64,000 nt of DNA from a virus: IMG/VR virus record IMGVR_UViG_3300025789_000020. One strand, 5' to 3'. Positions 55,563 through 64,000 of the stretch are shown here, one piece after another; the first letter of the stretch is position 1; each line of letters opens with the position of its first letter. The notes beneath the pieces are model-generated. The model was given only the letters and a program-made list of their open reading frames with translations. It was not told where the DNA came from and did no database searches. The translations under genes and the position numbers were made by a program.

Positions 55563-56189
55563 ATGTTATACCTCCGAGAGAATCTCAGTTTCAACGAAGC
55601 AAAAATGATCGTTGAATCTGATGACAAAGATGGGAAAAACTTATACATGTCCGGGATTTGCATCCAGGGCGGTATACGTAACGCTAACCAGCGTGTTTAC
55701 CCTGTTAATGAGATTGGCAAGGCTGTTAAGACCCTTAACGATCAGATTCAGAACGGTTATTCAGTTCTCGGGGAAGTGGATCATCCTGATGATCTAAAAA
55801 TTAACCTGGATCGTGTGTCACACATGATAACAAATATGTGGATGGACGGTCCAAACGGTTACGGGAAGTTGAAAATACTTCCAACACCAATGGGACAACT
55901 AATCAAGACAATGCTGGAAAGCGGAGTTAAGTTAGGAGTGTCAAGTCGCGGATCCGGAAACGTCAGAGATGACGGATCCGGTGAAGTATCGGATTTTGAG
56001 ATTATCACAGTAGATATGGTAGCTCAACCCAGTGCTCCTGGAGCATACCCAACACCAATTTACGAACACCTGATGAATAGTCGCGGTGGTTTTAATGCCT
56101 TGCGTATAGCGCAAGAGGTGAAAGGTGACCCTAAGGCACAGAAATATCTCAAAGAGAGTTTATTAGAAATAATAAACAAACTCCAATAA
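55563..56189 (+). CDS. gp21: Prohead core protease (gp21-like)
   Basis: NANQRVYP, LGEVDHP, RVSH, GVSSRGSG and D.VAQPSAPGAY motifs. Confidence 0.93.
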   Translation: MLYLRENLSFNEAKMIVESDDKDGKNLYMSGICIQGGIRNANQRVYPVNEIGKAVKTLNDQIQNGYSVLGEVDHPDDLKINLDRVSHMITNMWMDGPNGYGKLKILPTPMGQLIKTMLESGVKLGVSSRGSGNVRDDGSGEVSDFEIITVDMVAQPSAPGAYPTPIYEHLMNSRGGFNALRIAQEVKGDPKAQKYLKESLLEIINKLQ

Positions 56190-56202
56190 TAAGGAGAATC
56201 AT

Positions 56203-57306
56203 ATGTTGGATGCACTAAAAGGTTTATTTGAAAACAATATGATTTCTGAAGAGATCAAAGAGTCAATTGAGGCTGCTTTCGAAACTCGTATCAACGAGGC
56301 TCGTACACAAGTAGCTGAACAATTACGTGAAGAGTTTGCACAAAAGTATGAACACGACAAATCAACAATGATTGAAGCAGTAGATCGCATGATCTCTGAA
56401 CAATTAGCCGCTGAGATTGTTGAGTTCGCCGATGATCGTAATCAATTAGCTGAGATGAAAGTCAAGTATGCTAAGAAGATGAAGAAAGATGCTGAAGTAA
56501 TGAAGGAATTTGTTACACGTCAGTTAGCTTCTGAAGTTCGTGAATTACACGAAGATCAAGTAGTAATGGCAACTAAATTTGGTAAACTAGAACAATTCGT
56601 AGTTGAGGCTCTAGCTCAAGAAATCACAGAGTTTTACAAAGACAAGCAAGACTTAGCCGAAACAAAAGTTCGTCTAGTTCGTGAAGGTCGTGAACAGATC
56701 AAGAAGGTACAACAAGAGTTTGTTACCCGTGCCGCTAAGATGGTTGAATCAGTTGTAACTGAGAATTTAAATTCTGAAATTACAGCATTGAAAGAAGACA
56801 TCGAAGCCGCTCGTCGCGCAGATTTTGGACGTAAACTATTCGAGGCTTTTGCCGCTGAATATTCTACAAGCTACCTAAATGAAAAATCGGAAACAGCAAA
56901 ATTACTCAAAGTCATAGACTTGAAAGATTTAGCAATGCAAGAAGCCGCGCAAGCAGTTGCAAAAGCAGAACAAATCTTAGAAAGTAAAGAAGCACAAATC
57001 CGTGCTCTCAAAGAGAGTCAAGAAAGAAAAGCAATCATGCATGAGTTGTTAGCTCCTCTAAACAATGAGCAACGTTCAATCATGGGTGAATTAATGGAGT
57101 CTGTGAAAACAGAACGTCTAAACGAAAGTTTTGAAAAGTATCTTCCATCAGTTATCTCTGGTAACACTGGAAGAGCTCCGCAGAAGAAACAGGCACTTGT
57201 AGAGGCAAAAGAAGTCACAGGAAATAAAATTTCCAACACCAAACATAGTAGCGAGTCAGATGCCAATATCATTGATATTCGCAAACTTGCTGGACTAAAA
57301 TTTTAA
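56203..57306 (+). CDS. gp22: Prohead core scaffold protein (gp22-like)
   Basis: E/K/A-rich coiled coil between protease and capsid; AAGGAG RBS. Confidence 0.8.
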   Translation: MLDALKGLFENNMISEEIKESIEAAFETRINEARTQVAEQLREEFAQKYEHDKSTMIEAVDRMISEQLAAEIVEFADDRNQLAEMKVKYAKKMKKDAEVMKEFVTRQLASEVRELHEDQVVMATKFGKLEQFVVEALAQEITEFYKDKQDLAETKVRLVREGREQIKKVQQEFVTRAAKMVESVVTENLNSEITALKEDIEAARRADFGRKLFEAFAAEYSTSYLNEKSETAKLLKVIDLKDLAMQEAAQAVAKAEQILESKEAQIRALKESQERKAIMHELLAPLNNEQRSIMGELMESVKTERLNESFEKYLPSVISGNTGRAPQKKQALVEAKEVTGNKISNTKHSSESDANIIDIRKLAGLKF

Positions 57307-57318
57307 GGAGAAATTTAA

Positions 57319-58494
57319 ATGTCAGAACTATTAAACGGACGTTGGGCAGAAACTAAAGAAGCACTTTTAGAAGGCCTACAAGGCACTAAAAAATCAGTAA
57401 TGAGCGTGGCTCTTGAGAATACTCGTAAGTATCTTGCAGAATCCGCTACTGCTGGTGCTACTTCTGCCGGTAACGTCGCAACACTAAATCGCGTGATTCT
57501 TCCAGTAATCCGCCGCGTAATGCCAACCGTTATCGCTAACGAGTTGTTAGGCGTACAACCAATGACTGGTCCAGTAGGACAAATTCACACTCTACGTGTT
57601 CGCTACGCTGATTCATCATCAGGCGCTGGTGTAGTAGCTGGTGAAGAGGCATTGAGCCCATTCAAGATTGCGGCTTCTTACTCTGGTAACACAACTGACG
57701 CAACTCCTAAGGCTAGCTCAACAGCTACTTTAGAAGGTACAGCTGGTAACAGATTAAGTATCCAAATCTTGAAACAAACAGTTGAAGCGAAGACACGTAA
57801 ATTGTCAGCTCGTTGGACTTTTGAATCAGCTCAAGATGCACAAGCACAACAAGGTATTGACGTAGAAGCTGAAATCATGGCTGCTTTAGCACAAGAAATT
57901 ACTGCTGAAATCGACCAAGAAATTCTAGCTAGCCTACAATCATTAGCTGGTACAGCTTTATACACATACGACCAAGCGTCTGTATCTGGTACAGCAACAT
58001 TCGTAGGTGATGAGCATGCTGCCTTAGCAGTTATGATCAACCGCGTTGCTAACTTGATCGCTCAACGTACACGTCGTGGTGCTGGTAACTACGCTGTTGT
58101 ATCACCATTTGCATTGACAATTCTACAATCTGCTACTACTTCAGCTTTTGCTCGTACAACAGAAGGTACATTCGAAGCTCCTACAAACACTAAGTTTGTT
58201 GGTACATTGAACAATGCTATGAAAGTTTATGTTAACTCATACGCTTCTGATACACAAAGCATCCTAGTTGGTTACAAAGGTGCTAGCGAATCTGATGCTC
58301 CTGCATTCTATTGCCCATACATTCCATTGATGAGCAGTGGTGTTGTATTGGATCCATCAACATTCGAACCAGTAGTAAGCTTCATGACACGTTATGGATA
58401 TGTTGAGTTGTCAAACACAGCAAGTTCATTGGGTAATGCCGCTGACTACTTAGGTTTAGTTGGTATCACTTCAGCTAACGTTAAGTTCCAGTAA
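57319..58494 (+). CDS. gp23: Major capsid protein (gp23-like)
   Basis: RRVMP..IA..L.GVQPMTGPVGQI..LR.RY, VEAKTRKLSARWT.E.AQD, FYCPYIPL and F.P...FMTRYG motifs. Confidence 0.96.
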   Translation: MSELLNGRWAETKEALLEGLQGTKKSVMSVALENTRKYLAESATAGATSAGNVATLNRVILPVIRRVMPTVIANELLGVQPMTGPVGQIHTLRVRYADSSSGAGVVAGEEALSPFKIAASYSGNTTDATPKASSTATLEGTAGNRLSIQILKQTVEAKTRKLSARWTFESAQDAQAQQGIDVEAEIMAALAQEITAEIDQEILASLQSLAGTALYTYDQASVSGTATFVGDEHAALAVMINRVANLIAQRTRRGAGNYAVVSPFALTILQSATTSAFARTTEGTFEAPTNTKFVGTLNNAMKVYVNSYASDTQSILVGYKGASESDAPAFYCPYIPLMSSGVVLDPSTFEPVVSFMTRYGYVELSNTASSLGNAADYLGLVGITSANVKFQ

Positions 58495-58521
58495 TCCTGT
58501 AACTTTTGCTTTAGTAAAATT

Positions 58522-58549
58522 AAAAACGCCCTCCGGGGCGTTTTTCTTT
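58522..58549 (+). terminator. Rho-independent terminator after the major capsid gene
   Basis: AAAAACGCCC-TCCG-GGGCGTTTTT then CTTT. Confidence 0.88.
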
Positions 58550-58562
58550 GGGTAAATACTAG

Positions 58563-59078
58563 ATGATTACTACTAACTTTCTTAAATCAACCACTGTAAC
58601 TCAAGTAACTACAGATAACAGTATCGACTGGACACATCCTATGGGTAGTATCGGGGAAGATGCGTTCCAATATGCTGTTAGTTCTAAGCCATTGCATACA
58701 ATATCAGGTTTGTGGCAAGAAAGATTTGCCTCAATAACTAGTCAACTTTGGTTTACAAATTTTCCGTTCGCTCCTAATGGATCAACACTATTAGGGGTTG
58801 AAGTACAAATAAATGCAATACGAGCATCTAGAATACAGGACTATGTTGTACAGCTAGTATTAAACGGTGAACGTGTTGGTGATAATCTTGCAGATCCAGG
58901 ATTAGATAACTATAAAATTTATGGATCGCCTACTAATCTATGGAATAGTCCAATACAACTAGTAGATACAATTAATGTAAATTTTGGTGTTGTAATTGCG
59001 CTTAGAAGCAATGTTCTTACTCCACATACTGATACTGCATACATTGACAACGTGGCTATGCGAATCACTTACGTATAA
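58563..59078 (+). CDS. Hypothetical late protein (beta-rich, possibly structural)
   Basis: 171 aa; GGTAAATA 4 nt upstream of the ATG. Confidence 0.68.
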   Translation: MITTNFLKSTTVTQVTTDNSIDWTHPMGSIGEDAFQYAVSSKPLHTISGLWQERFASITSQLWFTNFPFAPNGSTLLGVEVQINAIRASRIQDYVVQLVLNGERVGDNLADPGLDNYKIYGSPTNLWNSPIQLVDTINVNFGVVIALRSNVLTPHTDTAYIDNVAMRITYV

Positions 59079-59169
59079 ATACAATGTATGACTCACATGG
59101 GGTGAGTTTTATGCGGAAATCCAACCGCGTACGGCCTAGAACGCCGTTTTTCTTAAAGGAGAAAACAAA
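59074..59169 (+). promoter_or_regulatory. Late promoter TATAAATA plus a structured 5' leader (3-4 hairpins)
   Basis: Promoter at 59074-59081; stems at 59090-59108, 59110-59131, 59132-59146 and 59148-59165. Confidence 0.6.
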
Positions 59170-60186
59170 ATGGGACGTCCTCTAAATAAAAAATATTTTG
59201 GCAATCGAAATATTGGTACCAACAGTCCAACTGACGATGGTATCGGCGGTAAAGGTGTAGCAAGCGTATCAGTTGCTACACAAGGTAGTATTAACATTAA
59301 TGATACTTACAAACATTTTCCAGCACTAACAGCATCAGCTCCAACTATTGCTAACGGTACAACAGCTACACTAGCAGTTACATGGGAAGTTGCTACAGTT
59401 AGCTTATCTGGTGGTACAAGTTATACTGCTGGTACAATCACTAGCATTACTGGCTTAGATGCTCAAGCTGTTGTTCCAACACGTTTCTCAGTAACACAAG
59501 TTGGCGGTGTTCCAACATTTGGTGCATTTACTGACCGTGGTACATATACAAGCATCGACGGTACAGGTATTACTACTTGGGCTGTTGTTGGCCCAGGCGG
59601 TACTGGTGCTCAAGCAACAGTTACATTCCGTGTTAAAGCTATTGCAGTTGTTAACGCTGGTGACGGTTATGTAACAGTTCCAACATTGACATGGAGTACA
59701 TTAGGTGGTACAACTCCAAGCGGTCAGACACCAACATTGACAGCGGCTAATGGCACTGACGGTACTAGCACTAGCTATGAGCCAGCTATTATTGCTTATG
59801 CATACACAGGCGGATCATTAGTTGAAGTTGATATTCAAAAGCAAAAATCTGCAAAACGTTATGTTGTTAACAAGTCTGGTGAAGTATCACGTACAGGTAC
59901 AGAAGTTGCTCGTTTACGTTACGACGCAGTTGCTGACGGTACTGCTGGATATACAGCAGATGAAGGTGTTGAGTTAAACATTGTTGCTATTGATAGCGCA
60001 GGCGGAACATATCTTGTACGTAAACTAACTAACCACAAAGTTAATATTAACCCAGCGGCGATTGCACGTTTAAGTTCAAGTGCAGGTACACAATTTCCAT
60101 TGAACAGTGATGGGTCATCACAATCAGTTCCATGGACTTTTGGTACACCATCAGCAAACTACAGCGTACAGATTGAAAACGCTTAA
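59170..60186 (+). CDS. Putative virion structural protein
   Basis: T/G/V-rich 338 aa; strong AAAGGAGA RBS; capsid-like codon bias. Confidence 0.7.
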   Translation: MGRPLNKKYFGNRNIGTNSPTDDGIGGKGVASVSVATQGSININDTYKHFPALTASAPTIANGTTATLAVTWEVATVSLSGGTSYTAGTITSITGLDAQAVVPTRFSVTQVGGVPTFGAFTDRGTYTSIDGTGITTWAVVGPGGTGAQATVTFRVKAIAVVNAGDGYVTVPTLTWSTLGGTTPSGQTPTLTAANGTDGTSTSYEPAIIAYAYTGGSLVEVDIQKQKSAKRYVVNKSGEVSRTGTEVARLRYDAVADGTAGYTADEGVELNIVAIDSAGGTYLVRKLTNHKVNINPAAIARLSSSAGTQFPLNSDGSSQSVPWTFGTPSANYSVQIENA

Positions 60187-60192
60187 TAAAAA

Positions 60193-60213
60193 TACGGGGA
60201 CTTGCTCCCCGTA
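60193..60213 (+). terminator. Intergenic hairpin (weak terminator or processing/stability element)
   Basis: TACGGGGA-CTTGC-TCCCCGTA with no U-tract on the + strand. Confidence 0.5.
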
Positions 60214-60223
60214 AGGATTATAA

Positions 60224-61186
60224 ATGTCAAGAATATTAAAAGTCAGTAACGGTGATTATAAACTACAAGTACAGTCTGGTGGAAACATCATATTGGATAC
60301 ACAAAGTACGACCGGTACCGTTACTGTTATTGGTAATCTTGATGTTAAAGGTACAACTACTTTTGTAGAAAGTACCAACACAGAAATTAAAGATAACATA
60401 CTTCAGCTAAATTACGGGCAAACTGGCTCGGGGATTAGTAGTGCAAATAGTTATCAAGCAGGAATTGAAATAGAAAGGGGCAGCCTAAGTGCGGCCCAGT
60501 TCTTGTTTAACGAACAAATTCCACATTATAACCCAGTAAACAGCAGTGAAGTTAACGGTTCATTTGTAATGAAGACTATAGATGGGCAACTATCTGGTCT
60601 GCAACTTAGAACTATTGCTACTGATGGAACTAGCGATTTTGTATTTGACATGCAGAATAGCAACTATGCTTTGCTAATTGCAAATTCAACAAGCTACGAA
60701 ACAAAAGTAACACAAGATAATCATATTATCAACAGAAAATATCTCTACAACTATGTAGCGGCTAGTAATGGTATTGCTACAGTTGACAGAATTTACACTC
60801 CCCAAAATGCGGCTTTTGGTTCAGAATATAGTAAAATTCAAGCATTTAATACTAGTATTAGCATGTATATTGCTGGTACCACTATTGCTACAATATCAGC
60901 AGGCGGACTAACTGTTAGTGATTTAAATTTTTACGGTGATACAATTACTAACAATTCTGTTAGTGCTAATCTAGTATTAGCTGCCGCAAATAATAACGTT
61001 GAAGTAAATGCAATATTAAATTTAGATGATCAAAGTAGCACACCTAGTCAACAATCTGGAAGAACAAAATTGTATTCCAAAGCGGCAGCAGGCCCAGGTA
61101 ATACAGGACTATATATATCAAATGTAACTACTCAAGACGAATTGATTAGTAAAAATCGTGCAGTACTATTGAGTATTTTACTATAA
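60224..61186 (+). CDS. Putative virion structural/fibre protein
   Basis: GNLDVKGTTTFVEST..EIKDNILQLN...AGIEIERG fibre motif, similar to a segment of 13366..15180. Confidence 0.68.
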   Translation: MSRILKVSNGDYKLQVQSGGNIILDTQSTTGTVTVIGNLDVKGTTTFVESTNTEIKDNILQLNYGQTGSGISSANSYQAGIEIERGSLSAAQFLFNEQIPHYNPVNSSEVNGSFVMKTIDGQLSGLQLRTIATDGTSDFVFDMQNSNYALLIANSTSYETKVTQDNHIINRKYLYNYVAASNGIATVDRIYTPQNAAFGSEYSKIQAFNTSISMYIAGTTIATISAGGLTVSDLNFYGDTITNNSVSANLVLAAANNNVEVNAILNLDDQSSTPSQQSGRTKLYSKAAAGPGNTGLYISNVTTQDELISKNRAVLLSILL

Positions 61187-61195
61187 GGAAAGAAC

Positions 61196-61504
61196 ATGGC
61201 AATTTCAAATACCCTAGTTGCAATAACTAATACAACAGTTTATACCAGTAGTGGTAATAATGCCATCACTGCTATGATTGTTTGTAATTACGGAGCAACT
61301 ACTAGCAATCTTACATTGTATGCAGTTCCAAACGGCGGAAGCCCTGGCAACTTGACAACAATAGTATATCAGTTACCAATCGTAGCTGGAGAAACTTTAA
61401 GTTTAGATCAAGAAAAATTAGTGTTAGCAAATGGGGATACTATTGTAGCAGTGGCTAGTGTAGCATCAATGTTATCATTTACAATTAGCACATTGGCGGT
61501 ATAA
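61196..61504 (+). CDS. Small putative structural protein
   Basis: 102-aa beta-rich ORF with an AAGGAA RBS. Confidence 0.65.
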   Translation: MAISNTLVAITNTTVYTSSGNNAITAMIVCNYGATTSNLTLYAVPNGGSPGNLTTIVYQLPIVAGETLSLDQEKLVLANGDTIVAVASVASMLSFTISTLAV

Positions 61505-62559
61505 TGCGATTCTTAAAACAACTTAATCTAAGTCGTAGAGCAGTTACAGATACTACCTTGTATGCTAATTCGGTCACAGGGCAAGTTGTTATGGGTGGAA
61601 CTACGGACCTTGTAGTACCAACAGGAACTACAGCACAGCGCCCTAGCAATCCAATTAACGGTATGATGCGTTATAATACTGACATAACTTCCGGTGGACA
61701 ACTAGAAATTTATCAAGGTAGTAAATGGCGCAGTCTAAGATTTAAAGAATCTGGAACTATTATACAACAAAATTTAGGTGCTGGCGACAGTAACAACACA
61801 TATTTTGGTCCTCTGAATTCTGCTTATAATCCAGGTAATGTGGACAGCAACAACTCAACATTTGGCGGACAAAACATTATTGTTGTAGTTGAAAACGTTA
61901 TTCAACTTAGTAGTATTAACTACACAGTAGTACAAAATCCCACACTACCAACAGAAACATACACCGGATCTCTTAGTGTAGCCGCTAGCACAGGATCAGC
62001 AATATTATATTTTAACACAAGTTTAAATGTAACTACAGCAAGTTGGACTAGTAATGTTGCTACAGTCACAATGTCAAATACTACGTCTTCACAACCTGGA
62101 TTTGCAATTGGCGCAACAATAACAGTTGCAGGTATTTTATCTACAGGTCAAGCATCAAGTGCATTTAACGGAGTATTTACGGTTACCGGATCAACAGCAA
62201 CTACAGTTACTTACGCACTAACAACTAATCCAGGGACGTATCAAAATGGTGGATCGGTTACTGCAAGCGGCAGCACTCCTGCGGTGTTCCCAGCTGTACC
62301 TCTTACTGGTGCAACCGTTAGTGGATCTAATATTTATAGTGGTGCTCTTCTTACTGGTTCTGCAATAACTGATCCAAATACTGGAGCATTGACTAGTATT
62401 TCTATGAATCATGCACCAACTGGAAATATTGCAGTTAATACAGCTATAACAATTGCTGAGTCTAGCCAAACAATTTCAAATAACAGTTATTACTTAAAAT
62501 TTAGTACGCCTGTGCCGTATGGCAAGGTAGTTATTGCGCTATTAGGTTTTGACCAATAA
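61504..62559 (+). CDS. Putative virion fibre protein
   Basis: VPTGTTAQRPSNPINGMMRYNT...LEIY.G..W motif. Confidence 0.68.
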   Translation: MRFLKQLNLSRRAVTDTTLYANSVTGQVVMGGTTDLVVPTGTTAQRPSNPINGMMRYNTDITSGGQLEIYQGSKWRSLRFKESGTIIQQNLGAGDSNNTYFGPLNSAYNPGNVDSNNSTFGGQNIIVVVENVIQLSSINYTVVQNPTLPTETYTGSLSVAASTGSAILYFNTSLNVTTASWTSNVATVTMSNTTSSQPGFAIGATITVAGILSTGQASSAFNGVFTVTGSTATTVTYALTTNPGTYQNGGSVTASGSTPAVFPAVPLTGATVSGSNIYSGALLTGSAITDPNTGALTSISMNHAPTGNIAVNTAITIAESSQTISNNSYYLKFSTPVPYGKVVIALLGFDQ

Positions 62560-62568
62560 GGAGCTAGA

Positions 62569-63651
62569 ATGGCTCAACTAGGTAGAATTGGCGGTCCGTT
62601 ACTAGCAGATAATCTACTGCGCAACGGTTCTGATCTAGCTTTTGACACAAAAGTATTATATCTAAATGTTACTGGCAAGTACATCGGCGTTGGAACTACA
62701 AGCCCCACAGCTGATTTAAATGTTGCCGGTGCTTCTGGCACGATTAATACTCAAAACTTAAATGTTACTACACTAGGACATTTTGGTAACTTAGAATTTT
62801 CTACTAATCAAATACAAAATATTATTAGTGGAATTGCTATTAGTCCTAATCAAACTAGTAATCCTACTATCACTGCTCCTGGCATCCAGACTAACAAATT
62901 AACATTAAGTGGAAATACTATCGTTGATTATGTTAGCAATGATAATATTTCAATTAGTCCGATAGGAACTGGTAACGTTTATCTAAACAATAACACTACA
63001 GTTACTGGTAACTTACATGCTACAGGCAATATTACTCTAGATGGAAATATTACACTTGGCGACCAGACTACAGATACCATTACAATTGCCGGCGAAGTTA
63101 ATAGTAACATTTTACCAATAACAACTAATACATATAATTTAGGTTCTAATAGTTTACAATGGAAAAATATCTACGGTGTTAATATTCTAGGAGGATTAGG
63201 AGGAACGTTAAATGTTAACGCCCTAACACCGACTGCTATCACTGGCGGGAATGTTTCATTTACTGGAAACACTATTCGTGATTCTAATGCTGATATTATA
63301 CTATCAGCATCTAGTAATAACGTTGTTTTAAATAATAATTTTAAATTTAATGGCAATAACATAACCATGTTGTACAGCAGTCCTGCAAATGCAACATTGT
63401 CATTTTCTAGCACCGGTAATGGATATTTAAAATTTTCAGGAGCAAATGGATTAGCAATTCCAACTGGTTCTACATCGGCTAGACCTATCGCTCCTGAAGT
63501 AGGAACTACACGATATAACTCTACTATACCTCAAACAGAAGTGTACGATGCAACCCTCGGTTGGATACCAGCAATCGGTACAAGCCCTGTTCTAGACTAT
63601 ACTGCGGTTAGCGATATTATGAATGAAATGGCGCTGATCTTCGGGTATTAA
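62569..63651 (+). CDS. Putative virion fibre protein
   Basis: GRIGGPLLADNLLRNG N-terminus and IPTGSTSARP...GTTRYNS motif. Confidence 0.7.
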   Translation: MAQLGRIGGPLLADNLLRNGSDLAFDTKVLYLNVTGKYIGVGTTSPTADLNVAGASGTINTQNLNVTTLGHFGNLEFSTNQIQNIISGIAISPNQTSNPTITAPGIQTNKLTLSGNTIVDYVSNDNISISPIGTGNVYLNNNTTVTGNLHATGNITLDGNITLGDQTTDTITIAGEVNSNILPITTNTYNLGSNSLQWKNIYGVNILGGLGGTLNVNALTPTAITGGNVSFTGNTIRDSNADIILSASSNNVVLNNNFKFNGNNITMLYSSPANATLSFSSTGNGYLKFSGANGLAIPTGSTSARPIAPEVGTTRYNSTIPQTEVYDATLGWIPAIGTSPVLDYTAVSDIMNEMALIFGY

Positions 63652-63660
63652 TCAAAAACC

Positions 63661-63790
63661 GATAAATACTTTGATTAGGAAAAATGACCAATTCTTCCTA
63701 TGGTTAGACTGTGGTAAACCCGCAAAGAGCCTTGTAGTACAAGGATGAAAATGAGGTTAACCGTGAAACACGGGGTATAAGGGAGCATTC
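63661..63790 (+). promoter_or_regulatory. Late promoter GATAAATA plus a pseudoknotted structured 5' leader
   Basis: Promoter at 63661-63668; four stems and an H-type pseudoknot before an AAGGGAG RBS. Confidence 0.58.
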
Positions 63791-64000
63791 ATGGCTGTTG
63801 GTCGAATTTCAGGGCCGCTCTTAAAAGACAATTTGCTCCGCAACGGGCAAAATTTAGCTTTTGAGACGAGCCTTCTCTATCTTGATGTGGTTAATGGCCG
63901 TGTAGGAATTAATACAGCATCGCCAGCTTACGACTTAGATGTTAACGGTACAACACGCTCAACGAACTTATACGCTTCTACTCAAGCTAACATTGCTACT
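63791..64000 (+). CDS. N-terminal fragment of a virion fibre protein, paralogue of 62569..63651
   Basis: MAVGRISGPLLKDNLLRNGQNLAFETSLLYLDVVNGRVGINTASPAYDLDVNG..., open to the window end. Confidence 0.8.
   Translation, partial: MAVGRISGPLLKDNLLRNGQNLAFETSLLYLDVVNGRVGINTASPAYDLDVNGTTRSTNLYASTQANIAT

Noticed and set aside
42979-58494. Inteins or introns in gp46, gp47, portal or capsid genes
   Set aside because: The genes are uninterrupted, of ordinary length, and lack intein terminal motifs.
59085-59165. tRNA
   Set aside because: Three hairpins but no closing acceptor stem, TTC(G/A)A T-loop or CCA end.
63705-63780. c-di-GMP-I riboswitch (GGTAAAC...CGCAAAG resemblance)
   Set aside because: The GNRA-capped stem that should lie between these segments is absent.
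1-64000. Stop-codon reassignment
   Set aside because: Core genes and a 4909-aa ORF are full length in the standard code, and TAA, TGA and TAG all occur as plausible stops.

Overview
This window is part of a large, AT-rich, T4-superfamily (jumbo-type) myophage genome using the standard genetic code. Layout: (1) 1-6757 (+): small hypothetical genes, a MoxR-type AAA ATPase with a metallopeptidase/VWA partner, and thyX. (2) 6698-42896 (-): a tail/baseplate operon (gp54/48-like, gp53, hub, gp5, gp25, gp6, a 4909-aa giant virion protein, gp9/10-like, three paralogous fibre genes), ending in four glycosyltransferase-like genes. (3) 42979-47286 (+): late sigma factor gp55, gp47/gp46 and a GIY-YIG nuclease. 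(4) About 500 nt of non-coding DNA. (5) A gp26-like gene (-), then tape-measure-like, portal, protease, scaffold, major capsid and further virion genes (+). Top observations: a candidate ~310-nt multi-pseudoknot ncRNA directly after the GIY-YIG gene, followed by an origin-like DNA-hairpin cluster; a likely -1 ribosomal frameshift (U UUU UUC) fusing the gp26-like gene to an unannotated 77-codon frame; two highly structured late 5' leaders; a recurring TRCGTA promoter-associated motif; and apparently leaderless late genes. Family assignments come from motifs recognised by eye, and RNA helices were paired by hand. Nothing was searched or computed.
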